DNA from: Microcoleus sp.
Lineage (GTDB): Bacteria > Cyanobacteriota > Cyanobacteriia > Cyanobacteriales > Microcoleaceae
Reading direction: 5' to 3'
Assembly (NCBI GenBank): GCA_042408215.1
Contig: JAYFMW010000020.1
Location: 192,001-256,000, forward strand
DNA: 64,000 bases
A program made the position numbers and the translations under genes. Under the pieces are notes generated by a model. The model was not told the origin of the DNA. It was given only the letters and a program-made list of their open reading frames with translations, and did no database searches. Shown in pieces: positions 50,390 to 60,067 of this stretch; position 1 is the stretch's first letter; every line of letters begins with the position of its first letter.

Positions 50390-51395
50390 AGAAATTGTAG
50401 GGCGTGGATTGCATAACAATATGCCGCGAGATGCTAAACTAATTACTGTAGGGCAAATTTTATATGCTGTTACCCGCGACGATCTCACCATAGAAGAAGG
50501 TTGGCAGCTTGAAGAGATGATGGGCGGTAGAACACAGTGGGAAGAGGCCCTTGAGTACAGTATTTTTGGCTATCCAGTAGATACCGCAACTCCACCTTTT
50601 GACAAACCTCTAATTATTGCTGGCAAAACTTTTCATTCTCGCTTAATGACTGGCACGGGCAAATATCGCAGCATTGCAGAAATGCAGCAAAGTGTCAATG
50701 CTAGTAGGTGTGAAATTGTGACTGTAGCTGTGCGGCGAGTGCAAACAAATGCTCCCGGACATGAAGGATTGGCGGAAGCTCTGGATTGGACTAAAATTTG
50801 GATGCTGCCAAATACTGCGGGCTGTCAAACTGCGGATGAGGCGATTAGAGTGGCTCGTTTGGGTAGAGAAATGGCGAAACTTTTAGGGCAGGAAGATAAT
50901 AATTTTGTCAAGTTAGAAGTGATTCCTGATGCTAAATATTTGCTGCCAGATCCGATCGGCACTTTAGAAGCAGCAGAACAATTAGTCAAAGAAGGTTTTG
51001 CGGTTTTGCCTTACATCAATGCCGATCCCCTGCTGGCAAAACGCTTAGAAGAAGTTGGCTGTGCAACAGTCATGCCTTTGGGTTCGCCCATCGGTTCGGG
51101 ACAAGGGATCAACAATGCTGCCAATATTCAAATAATTATTGACACGGTGAAGATTCCTGTGGTAGTGGATGCGGGGATCGGAACGCCCAGCGAAGCGGCT
51201 CAAGCAATGGAAATGGGGGCCGACGCACTGTTAATCAATTCGGCGATCGCCAATGCTCAAAATTCCCCAGCAATGGCAAAAGCAATGGGAATGGCGGCAG
51301 AAGCGGGGCGTTTAGCGTACTTAGCAGGCAGAATGCCAGTTAAAGATTATGCGATCGCCTCGTCTCCCGAAACAGGTACGATTGCCTCAAAATAA
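50364..51395 (+). CDS. thiG: Thiazole synthase with an extra ~75-aa N-terminal domain
   Basis: [45 protein letters not shown]; ThiG homology starts near 50600. Confidence 0.92.
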   Translation: MEDIFSEFKEIVGRGLHNNMPRDAKLITVGQILYAVTRDDLTIEEGWQLEEMMGGRTQWEEALEYSIFGYPVDTATPPFDKPLIIAGKTFHSRLMTGTGKYRSIAEMQQSVNASRCEIVTVAVRRVQTNAPGHEGLAEALDWTKIWMLPNTAGCQTADEAIRVARLGREMAKLLGQEDNNFVKLEVIPDAKYLLPDPIGTLEAAEQLVKEGFAVLPYINADPLLAKRLEEVGCATVMPLGSPIGSGQGINNAANIQIIIDTVKIPVVVDAGIGTPSEAAQAMEMGADALLINSAIANAQNSPAMAKAMGMAAEAGRLAYLAGRMPVKDYAIASSPETGTIASK

Positions 51396-51464
51396 CTTCC
51401 CGAAATTTCAACGGCGCTTTTTTGGTAAAGTTGTAAACATCAAAAATATTAAGGATTGTGACTC

Positions 51465-51632
51465 ATGCCTTACATCCACGATGACGATGGACGCCTGAAC
51501 AACTTTGCCAAAGAGCCGAAGGTGTACGGAGCCGAATATCCCGACCAGAAACAGCAGCGGAACTACATCATCCTAGGCGTGGCCGGGGCAATGTTAGTTG
51601 CCTTATTGGTGTTTGTGGCTGCTTCTGTGTAA
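51465..51632 (+). CDS. psb34: Photosystem II assembly factor Psb34 (Ssl1498 family), 55 aa (not in the ORF track)
   Basis: MPYIHDDDGRLNNFAKEPKVYGAEYPDQKQQRNY plus one TM helix. Confidence 0.85.
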   Translation: MPYIHDDDGRLNNFAKEPKVYGAEYPDQKQQRNYIILGVAGAMLVALLVFVAASV

Positions 51633-51688
51633 AAACAGGGCTAAGATTCAAAGCTACTTCCAATCCAAATTTTAAATAATCCTTGACT

Positions 51689-51727
51689 AAACCATGTTTC
51701 GCAATAATAAATGGAAACATGGTTTTT
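51689..51727 (+). terminator. Terminator-like hairpin after psb34
   Basis: AAACCATGTTTC..GAAACATGGTTT followed by TT. Confidence 0.65.
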
Positions 51728-51839
51728 GTGTTTCAATAAAACCAGGGATTTGCGACATTCCTGAACCTCGTCGCGGGAGCTGAAAAACTAAATAAGACAA
51801 ACCCCAGAGGCTTCCCCATGTAATTAATCAGACTGGCTT

Positions 51840-52245
51840 TTGATAATCCCCAGCCCGCTCCGGGACGGGGATTCTTAAAGAGTCCAAATGCGAACCTTTA
51901 AAGGCGAAATCAAAGCGCCCCTACCCACTCAGCTTGGACAAATCCAAACCTTGCGTATACTTTTAGCTTTTTTACGCTTTCCGAGTCCATCACTTAGCCT
52001 GAGATAGGTACGCTCAACAACCTGCCTTTTGTTTGCCCTTTAACTATTCCGAATCAAGTCGGATCTGTCCGTTGCCGGGATTGCACCGTACTAGGATGTT
52101 TCAACGCGCAGATGGTTATTCTTACTTGCTGCTCCCATAATACCAAATATTGAAGGCGGCTGTCACGCTCGCGTAGTCGAATGTGTTGAAACGGCTGCCG
52201 ACTTCTCCCCAGGTCCTTAGCGCGGGGCTTGCGTCTCGCTCTTCG
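51840..52245 (-). mobile_element. Internally deleted IS200/IS605 mini-element, possibly an omegaRNA-only locus
   Basis: Left end TGAC|CGAAGAGCGAGACGCAAGCCCCGCGC..GGGGAG; right end AAGAATCCCCGTCCC..GGGCTGGGGATTATCAA; no ORF. Confidence 0.7.
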
Positions 52246-52401
52246 GTCACAAACATAAAATTGCCTAGCTAAAATCTACTATTCTCAGGTCATCATCGGT
52301 GCGTTTCACTGTCTTCCGGGTCGAGTTGCTCGCGTTCGGCCGATCGGGATTTCAAATCTAAAATCTAAAATCTAAAATCTAAAATCTAAAATAGCCTGAC
52401 T

Positions 52402-54645
52402 GTGATGTCTATTCCTTTCCCAAAAGTTTCTAGCTCAAACAAGCAGATTTACCAACGCTTGAAACAGGCACTTGAACTGAATTTGCGCCGTCAAATTTTT
52501 ATCGCCGCCTGCGATGACTTGCGCTTGCGGGACTGTCTAGCAGCCCGTTTAGAGGCAGAATTAGCAGCCCCAGAAACAGGGGAAAGTCCTCGCTCTTCGA
52601 TCGACTATCCCCGATTTGTCAGTTTGGAACTCAACCTCAGCGATCCCAATCCTTGGGGGGCGATTTCCGGGTGGCTAACTGAACACGCACCAGCCTCAAA
52701 TGCGCGCAGCTACAGCCACTTGCCGGGATTCCAAATTCTCGGAACCGAACACTTGACACGCCAGCCAGCAGCCATACAGTGGTCGTTCCTGAGCTATTTG
52801 AGGGACATCGAAGCATACTTGCAAATGTCGGAGTCTACTCTGCTGCTGTGGGTGTCGCGACCTTGGCTAAGTTCGATCGAGTCCTCAGCCCCGGAATTTT
52901 GGCAATGGCGCACCGGAATATTTGAGTTTGAAGGCGAACCGACTCCCGCCCAGGGAGACTTTGGGGACTCCGATGACAACGGAGATTTGGGAGACTTACG
53001 GGACAAGGGAGACTTGGGCGATCGAGTTTTAAGCTCTGCTTTTTCGGGACAATCGAAAGTCCCCAATTCCCCATCCCCAATTCCCCATCCCCAATTCCCC
53101 ATCCCCAATTCCCCATCCCCAATTCCCAACCCTAAATCCCTTGAACTAGCAGATTTGGTACTAGCAGCGGCTTCGGTGGAATTGGAATCAGAAAATCAGA
53201 CCGCATCGGGGGAAAATTTTCTGCCGCTGCAAACCCTACAATATATCGAACTGCTGCAAGAACATCAGTGTTGCTCTGAAGCTTTGGCTTTGGCTTATCA
53301 AGGTTTGGGGAATTTTTACCGCGATCGCATTCTACCCTCCGATTCTTTAGGACAAAACTTGATCGTCGCCATTCGTGCGTTTGAGCAAGTAATTTTCTAC
53401 CTCAATCTCGATCGCAACTCCCAGGAAAATCCACAACACACTCCCGAATGCGATCGACTCATTGCCGAATTGAAACAAAACTTAACTCAATACCCTTTAC
53501 AGTCAAATAGCCCTTCGCCAATGGCCGATCTACTCAACGACCTCGGCACTCTCTACTGGATGCGATCGCGCACTGATCGAAGCCATCCCGAAGAGAATCC
53601 CACAGTCGGCGACCCCACCCTTGGTACCGTATACTGCCTCGAACGCAGTATCGCCCTCTACCGAGAAGGTTTGAACAAAATAGATGTCGCAGCCACACCC
53701 CAAATCCGCGCCTTATTAAACAAAAATCTGGGAATCGCCTCAGCGGATTTAGCCCGCTATCAAGACAAGACAGAAAACTTGCAGCAAGCGGTTGCAGCAT
53801 ACCAGCAAGCGCTGCTGGATCTAGACCGCTGGGCCGATCCCCAACAGTACGCAGCAGCTCAGAATAATTTGGCAACAGTATACTGGAATTTAGCTCAAGA
53901 CGGTCAGCCGATCGTACACCTCAAAAGCGCGATCGCAGCTTACACCGAAGCACTCTCCTGCTACAGTCCCGAACGAGAACCCCTCAACTATGCCAAAGCC
54001 CACAACAACATCGGCACAGCCTGCTGGAACCTCGCCCAACACGAACCCTCAGAAATCTTGCTCGTCAGAGCGATCGCCTCCTATCGCGAAGCCTTGAAAT
54101 ACCGCACGCGAGAATTAGTACCCGCCTATGCCGCAGCCACCCAGAACAATCTCGCCACCGCCTATTGGCATTTGGCGAACCAGCAACAGCACTCAGCCAC
54201 CAGGCTCGCATCTTTGCAGCAGGCGATTTTGGCCTACGAAACCTCCTTGGATATCGCCGGAGAGCTCGATCGAACCCAACTCACCTTTGACATCTTAGCC
54301 ACCCGCAACAATCTAGGATTAGCCCACTATCAACTAGCCACAGACCCAGATTTCGCGTCAGACAAAGCCACACAGACACGCCATCTAGAAGCAGCACTGC
54401 ACCACCAGTTGCAAGTCTGCGCCGGATGGGGACAATATCTCCAAGACAAAGGGTTAACATATGGGGATAAACTCAAACTACAAGACTCAAGCAACTCCCA
54501 AGCTGCTGATTCCCGACAAACAGCTTTGAGCTATATTGTCAAAACGATACGAGCATTCTATAGTGAATGTGGGCTGCAAGGCCAAAATTTAGCCTTATCC
54601 AAAGTTCCCGGAGAATTATTGCCTGAAATCTTACGCAAGCTATAA
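52402..54645 (+). CDS. TPR protein with degenerate NTPase-like N-terminal domain
   Basis: TLLLW..SAPEFWQWRTGIFEF; TPRs QNNLATVYWNLA and HNNIGTACWNLA; STRR-coded Pro-rich linker. Confidence 0.85.
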   Translation: MMSIPFPKVSSSNKQIYQRLKQALELNLRRQIFIAACDDLRLRDCLAARLEAELAAPETGESPRSSIDYPRFVSLELNLSDPNPWGAISGWLTEHAPASNARSYSHLPGFQILGTEHLTRQPAAIQWSFLSYLRDIEAYLQMSESTLLLWVSRPWLSSIESSAPEFWQWRTGIFEFEGEPTPAQGDFGDSDDNGDLGDLRDKGDLGDRVLSSAFSGQSKVPNSPSPIPHPQFPIPNSPSPIPNPKSLELADLVLAAASVELESENQTASGENFLPLQTLQYIELLQEHQCCSEALALAYQGLGNFYRDRILPSDSLGQNLIVAIRAFEQVIFYLNLDRNSQENPQHTPECDRLIAELKQNLTQYPLQSNSPSPMADLLNDLGTLYWMRSRTDRSHPEENPTVGDPTLGTVYCLERSIALYREGLNKIDVAATPQIRALLNKNLGIASADLARYQDKTENLQQAVAAYQQALLDLDRWADPQQYAAAQNNLATVYWNLAQDGQPIVHLKSAIAAYTEALSCYSPEREPLNYAKAHNNIGTACWNLAQHEPSEILLVRAIASYREALKYRTRELVPAYAAATQNNLATAYWHLANQQQHSATRLASLQQAILAYETSLDIAGELDRTQLTFDILATRNNLGLAHYQLATDPDFASDKATQTRHLEAALHHQLQVCAGWGQYLQDKGLTYGDKLKLQDSSNSQAADSRQTALSYIVKTIRAFYSECGLQGQNLALSKVPGELLPEILRKL

Positions 54646-54738
54646 CCATTAAAAGCTCAATTTTTCCGAGGTTTGTATGCATAAATCTATTACTATAGCT
54701 AAATATTCTTGCCTAATTCTTCAAGCAAAGTTGTGGTC

Positions 54739-55431
54739 ATGGCCCCTGTAAAAATCCTTGTGGTTGATGACGACCCGGCAATCCGAAATTTACTTCAACG
54801 TTTTTTGAGCCAGCAAGGTTATCAAGTTGAGTCTGGCCAGGACGGTCAGACTGGTCTGGAATTATTTGATCAACTCAATCCTGACTTAGTAGTTCTGGAT
54901 GTAAATTTACCCGACACCACTGGCTACAAACTATGTCAAGAAATGCAAAGCCGCACGGGCGTGTTTGTGTTGATGCTGACCAGCCGCAACGATGAAGCTG
55001 ACAAAATGAAAGGGTTTGCCGAAGGTGCTGACGACTACATTACTAAACCCTTCAGTCTCGTAGAGATTGGAGCTCGCATAGCAGCTATTTTGAAACGCAA
55101 GCGCATTGTTACTTCCGCAGAACAACAAAGCCTGGTTTTTGGACAGCTACTGATAGATCCCGTCCGCCGCGAGGTGATTCTGGGCAATCAAATAGTTGCT
55201 TTGACTGCTTTAGAATTCGACCTGCTGTACTGTTTGGCCAGCAAGCCCGGTCGCGTTTGGAGGCGATCGGAACTGCTGCATGAAGTGTGGGACTACGAGT
55301 ATGTAGGAGCCGATCGCGTGGTGGATGTCCATATCGGTCAAATTCGCCGCAAAATAGAACCCGATGCCAATCAAAATTCCATGATTCAAACCGTCCGCGG
55401 CGTGGGTTACAAGTTTGAGGGAACAACCTAG
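54739..55431 (+). CDS. OmpR-family response regulator
   Basis: ILVVDDD, VLDVNLP, GADDYITKPF, LTALEFDLL, VDVHI..IRRKIE, TVRGVGY. Confidence 0.95.
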   Translation: MAPVKILVVDDDPAIRNLLQRFLSQQGYQVESGQDGQTGLELFDQLNPDLVVLDVNLPDTTGYKLCQEMQSRTGVFVLMLTSRNDEADKMKGFAEGADDYITKPFSLVEIGARIAAILKRKRIVTSAEQQSLVFGQLLIDPVRREVILGNQIVALTALEFDLLYCLASKPGRVWRRSELLHEVWDYEYVGADRVVDVHIGQIRRKIEPDANQNSMIQTVRGVGYKFEGTT

Positions 55432-55626
55432 GGGGAAGGGGAATAGGGTTACCAGAAGGGAAAGCAAAAAATCAAAAATATAGCAGAAGCAAGAAGCAAA
55501 AAGCCAGTAGCCAGTAGCCAGTAGCCAGTAGCGAGTAGCCAGTAGCCATTAGTTATTGGTTATTGGTTGTTTGGTACCCATGCCCCATGCCCCATGCCCC
55601 ATGCCCCATGCCCCATGCCCCATGCC

Positions 55627-57081
55627 CTATGCCCTATGCCCTGTTTCTGCCAAATACTCGCCCACTTCGATCGCCCGCTCAAAACCCCACCGCACGCAAT
55701 CTCCCAAAGCCACCCCGCCAACGTAGTTGCTGCACAAATACACCCCCGGCAAGGATTTTAAGCCGTTCTCGATTTGTTGCAGGCGCGGTCGATGCCCCAA
55801 ATTGTACTGAGGAATCGCCCGCTTCCACAGGTTCACAGCCAAAACTTTGGGCTCCGCCGCCAGAGGCTTCAGCAAAATCCGAGATAAATCTCGATGTACC
55901 TCCCCAACGATTTGTTCGGGGTCAAGATTGGCGATATCCGAGTCTGTTGCCCCACCGATGTAATTGCTGAGAGTTTGCCAACCAGCAGGCGCTCGATCGG
56001 GAAATAAGCTCGAAGTCCAAATCGTCCCCAGGGTGCGAATTCCCTGCCCCCTCGGAATTAAATTTCCAAAACCCACTAATTTACCCTTGACATCCGACAG
56101 CGGATATGCTAATACAACGCAGGCAACCGTAGGATAAGTAAAAGCTTGTAAAGCACTGCTAACTTCCGGTTGGAGAGGTGCCAACAACTCCGCTGTGATG
56201 TAGGCGGGAGTTGTCAAAACGACGGTGCGCGCCTCAACTTGTTGCTGGCCGTCGGGTGTAGCAAATTCGGCAATGTAAGTTTGGCGTTCCGTGCGTTGGA
56301 GGCGAGTTAAGTGCCAATTGAGTTTGAGCCGATCGCCCAATTGAGCAGCGATCGCCTCTGGCAGAGCCTTCAACCCCTGTTTAAACGAACCCAACTCCCC
56401 CGGCTTAGTCTGAGGAATATTCGGGTCTACGGGCAATTTCTTCGGCCTTTTTCTAGCAGAAAGCAGCGCGCCCGCCACTAGCCCGCCACCCACATCAGCC
56501 ATCTGAGTTACCCGGCCAAAAGCAGCCGCCGCACTCAACTGTTGCGGATCGCCGGCATAAACCCCAGAAACAAAAGGTTCCACCAATCGCTGCATCACTT
56601 CCGTACCAAGATGGCGTCGGAAAAATTGAGAAACAGTTTCCTCTCCACCCTGCTGCGACAATTGAGAGCCCATAGCCGGCCCCACAAACCCCAAAGCCCC
56701 GAAAAGCGCCCGCAGTTTCCCCGGAAAACTCAGTAACTGGGATTGAATCATCGCCGGTGGAGTCATCGGCACCGGTTGCAGTTTCCCTTCCCAATAAACA
56801 TAACGAGGCAATTTTCGATCGGCAAAAATCAACTCCTGCTTCAGCCCCACATCCACAGCCAACTTCATCAATTCCGGTGTCGGCGCAAAACTATTCGGGC
56901 CCTCCTCCCAGAGAAACCCTCCACCTGTCTGAGTTGTAATATTCCCGCCCACCCGTCCCCGACTCTCAGCGACTAAAATCTTCAGGGGAGGCGCAGTCTT
57001 ACATGGTTTCTGGAGTGCGTGGGCCAGACTCAAACCGCTAATACCTGCACCCACAATCAAGGTATCTACTACATTCGTCAT
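55627..57081 (-). CDS. hemY: Protoporphyrinogen oxidase, HemY-type FAD enzyme
   Basis: GAGISGL, EEGPNSF, EPFVSGVYAGDP, GFGNLIPR, TLGTIWTSSLFPDRAP, AIPQY, NYVGGVALGDC. Confidence 0.93.
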   Translation of the reverse strand: MTNVVDTLIVGAGISGLSLAHALQKPCKTAPPLKILVAESRGRVGGNITTQTGGGFLWEEGPNSFAPTPELMKLAVDVGLKQELIFADRKLPRYVYWEGKLQPVPMTPPAMIQSQLLSFPGKLRALFGALGFVGPAMGSQLSQQGGEETVSQFFRRHLGTEVMQRLVEPFVSGVYAGDPQQLSAAAAFGRVTQMADVGGGLVAGALLSARKRPKKLPVDPNIPQTKPGELGSFKQGLKALPEAIAAQLGDRLKLNWHLTRLQRTERQTYIAEFATPDGQQQVEARTVVLTTPAYITAELLAPLQPEVSSALQAFTYPTVACVVLAYPLSDVKGKLVGFGNLIPRGQGIRTLGTIWTSSLFPDRAPAGWQTLSNYIGGATDSDIANLDPEQIVGEVHRDLSRILLKPLAAEPKVLAVNLWKRAIPQYNLGHRPRLQQIENGLKSLPGVYLCSNYVGGVALGDCVRWGFERAIEVGEYLAETGHRA

Positions 57082-57562
57082 TGGTAATTGCTAATTGCTA
57101 ATTGCTAATTGGTCATTGGTCATTGGTCATTGGTCATTGGTAATTGGTTATTCTCTAACCGATACTTTTTTGCTAACGTTTGCTAACAAATACATAAGTT
57201 GAGATCTGAACTCGAACCTTGCGCGTATCAACCAATGCCCGTAGAAATCTCTACAAGCACTTGTACTATGAGCCGACTGCTTGGTTTTCGCGATCGGACT
57301 CTTAGCCAATCTGACTATTTGCTTTGATACTGTAGAGGCAACTTATTTATATAGAGGTTGCTTACTACCAAGGTTTTTCACCGTTCATCCGAGCGGCTAA
57401 ATTCATTTTACATGGTACAAAGACATCTACCAAATGTAAGCGATTGTTAGCAACAATTAGAAAAAGTCCTACTGTTCATCAACCTTTCTTCCTTCTTCCT
57501 TCTTCCTTCTTCCTTCTTCCTTCTTCCTTCTTCCTTCTTCCTTCTTCCTTCAACATCTGCTA

Positions 57563-57663
57563 TATAGCGGTTCTCAAAAAAGTGAGGTATGCCCACGGAA
57601 CCCTATGCCCTATGCCCCATGCCCTATGCCCAGTCGTACCTCATCTTTCTGAGAAAGGCTATA
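57563..57663. mobile_element. MITE with ~27-bp imperfect TIRs enclosing an STRR tract
   Basis: TATAGCGGTTCTCAAAAAAGTGAGGTA ... TACCTCATCTTTCTGAGAAAGGCTATA. Confidence 0.75.
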
Positions 57664-57910
57664 CATTATTGCTACTGCGCAAATCTTGAGGATACTGAAA
57701 CAGCGTTTCAAGATAAACTCTAGCAGCTTGGCGGTAACTACGCGAGGCTTCAGGCGTAGCGCTGTCGGCATTCTGCAACAAAAACAGTGACAGAGAGGCG
57801 CAAAATACTCGGTCTAGATCCCATTCGGGATGAGTTTCCAGGTAGCTTTTGAGGGAATCGTGCAGCGTTTCGGGAATTTCGGCAAAGATACTGACTGTTG
57901 GGTTCATCAT
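57659..57910 (-). CDS. DUF2811 family protein
   Basis: VSIFAEIPE.LH.SL..YLETHPEWD.DRVF.A.LSLFLLQN..AARVYLETLF. Confidence 0.85.
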   Translation of the reverse strand: MMNPTVSIFAEIPETLHDSLKSYLETHPEWDLDRVFCASLSLFLLQNADSATPEASRSYRQAARVYLETLFQYPQDLRSSNNV

Positions 57911-58217
57911 TTTTTTTAGTCTCGCTAATAAATTGAAAATAGAACCCCCCTTTCGGCAGGATACAGGTGCTGGCACTGCCGAAATCAGAGCGTTTTTTTA
58001 GGTCGGTCGCATCATTGTGCGCTATTAGGGGGTGGGTTTGTCAATGTAGCGAAATATTACAAAGTCCAGGAGATCCCAAAAAGATTTACGAAATAATCAG
58101 CTTTTCGGCGCATTTTTTGTTACATATCTTTATATTTTGGAGTTTTTATGAGGGATTTGTCAGCAGGTTAACAAAATCCCCAATTCACCAGCAAGATCGG
58201 ACCGTGCCGTTAATTTC

Positions 58218-58290
58218 TGTGGAAAACTTCGTCAAATCTGTGGAAAACCTCTCACTTGCCTGTGGAAACGCTGTGGAATGTTTGGGAAAA
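58218..58290. promoter_or_regulatory. Cluster of co-oriented DnaA-box-like 9-mers
   Basis: TGTGGAAAA at 58218 and 58239 (reverse complement TTTTCCACA), TGTGGAAAC at 58261, TGTGGAATG at 58272, TTGGGAAAA at 58282. Confidence 0.6.
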
Positions 58291-58418
58291 ACTAAGGGAA
58301 AAAATAAGAATTGCAAAGGGGGATGGGGAATTGGGCGAAGCGAAGCTCCGGGATGGGGCCTTGGGCCTTGGTAGCCCACTCCCCCTTTCCCCCTCTCTCC
58401 CCCTCTCCCCCTCCTCCT

Positions 58419-59912
58419 TCAAGAGTCCCACTCTGTTGCTTTTTGGCGAATTGTTACCAGCTCTGCCGGGGGCATTTTGTCGAGATTCGCTAAAATAAAG
58501 CTCATTCGCCCGATCGCCTGCAATTTTTCCCGGTGGCGCGCCAAGAAGTCCCAATAGAAAAAATTGAAGGGACAGGCATTTTCGCCCGATCGCACCGTGC
58601 GATCGTACTTGCACCCCCGACAATAATCGCTCATCTTATTGATGTAATTCGCAGACGCCGCGTAGGGTTTCGACGCTAACACACCCCCATCGGCAAACAA
58701 ACCCATGCCCAGCACATTTGTCTGCATTACCCAGTCGTAAGCATCAATAAATGCACTGTGGAACCAGTTTTCCAGCTCCTGGGGCGAGATTCCAGCAATT
58801 AGACCAAAATTGCTCAAAATCATCAATCGCTGGATGTGATGCGCGTAACCGCTGCTTTCGACTTGAGTTAAAACTTGGTGCAAACAGTTCATATCAGTTT
58901 TGCTAGCATCCCAAAAAAACTCCGGCAGCGGCCGAGTGTGGTTAAACCAATTCTTCTGAAAATAATCAGCATCTACATAAAAATAAACGCCACGAATGTA
59001 TTCTCGCCAGCCGAGAATTTGGCGGATAAAACCTTCGACGCTGTTTAAATCTAAGTCATGCTCGCCGCAGGCTATTTCTGCCGCTTGAATAACTTCTAAA
59101 GGATGCAGCAACCCAATATTCAGATAAGGAGAAATTAGCGAATGCCACATCGTTTCCTCCCCCGTTACCATCGCATCTTGATAGGGCCCAAAGGTGGGGA
59201 GACGCTGGGCGATGAAATTATTTAATACTTGCAATGCTTGCTCTCGCGTCACCCCCCAGCGGAAAGGTTCAACATCTCCGTAAGTTGGGAAAGACAGAGA
59301 CTTAACTTCTGCGATCGCTTCTTGAGTTATTTCATCCGGTTCAAACCAAATAGCTGGCGGTGTATTCAGCTTACCTTTTGGTGGCTGGCGATTTTCCTTG
59401 TCAAAATTCCACTTACCGCCGACAGGTTTACTTCCATCCATTAAAATCTGGAATCGCTGGCGACTGACTCGATAAAAGTCTTCCATTAACAGGCGTTTGC
59501 GACTGGATGCCCAATCTTTAAATTCTGTTTCACGACCGAGGAATTGGTTGTTGGCAATTAAGGTAAGTTGGCAGGGAAGTTGCAAGTTTTGGATCGTCTG
59601 TAAAAAAGGGCGATCGCTCGGTGTCATCACCCGCAACTCAGTGATATTATGAGCTTGAATCCAAACTTTCAGAGGAGTTTCAAATTCTTCAGATTTTGCG
59701 TAAGTAACTTGATAACCACTGTCGCGTAATTCTGCCGCAAAATGCCGCATCGCCGACCAAATTAATACTAATTTCTGTTGATGATAGGGACGTTCTCGAA
59801 CGTGCTGCAAAGATTCAATTAAGATGACTAGGGAAACTCGATCGTCAAGTGTGGCGAGAGCAGCTTGGTTCTGCCCAAGTTGATCGCCTAATATCCAAAC
59901 GCCAACACTCAT
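58419..59912 (-). CDS. FeS-cluster cryptochrome/photolyase (PhrB/CryB-like)
   Basis: WILGDQL, HQQKL..SAMRHFA, MEDFYR, GGKWNFDKENR, FGPYQDAM, RQILGWRE, HHIQRLM, SKPYAAS, MSDYC..C, ACPF. Confidence 0.92.
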   Translation of the reverse strand: MSVGVWILGDQLGQNQAALATLDDRVSLVILIESLQHVRERPYHQQKLVLIWSAMRHFAAELRDSGYQVTYAKSEEFETPLKVWIQAHNITELRVMTPSDRPFLQTIQNLQLPCQLTLIANNQFLGRETEFKDWASSRKRLLMEDFYRVSRQRFQILMDGSKPVGGKWNFDKENRQPPKGKLNTPPAIWFEPDEITQEAIAEVKSLSFPTYGDVEPFRWGVTREQALQVLNNFIAQRLPTFGPYQDAMVTGEETMWHSLISPYLNIGLLHPLEVIQAAEIACGEHDLDLNSVEGFIRQILGWREYIRGVYFYVDADYFQKNWFNHTRPLPEFFWDASKTDMNCLHQVLTQVESSGYAHHIQRLMILSNFGLIAGISPQELENWFHSAFIDAYDWVMQTNVLGMGLFADGGVLASKPYAASANYINKMSDYCRGCKYDRTVRSGENACPFNFFYWDFLARHREKLQAIGRMSFILANLDKMPPAELVTIRQKATEWDS

Positions 59913-60067
59913 CTTATTTTTGTTCCTTTTTCTTGGGTATGATTTGCGATTTTTACCCACGTTGCTAGTTACAGGCAGGAACGATCATAGCAACTCGATT
60001 TACTAATGACAAATAACCCTCCCCAATCACAATAACCAATAACTAGCAACTTGAGTCACTTTAACTA

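Noticed and set aside
54739..55431. Naming the response regulator rpaA, rpaB, nrrA or srrA
   Set aside because: The OmpR family is clear, but the orthologue cannot be fixed without a search.
55563..55970. ORFs with PMPHA / FFLLPSS-type repeats (also 57444-57689 and 12187-12369)
   Set aside because: These are translations of STRR heptamer tracts or antisense to real genes.
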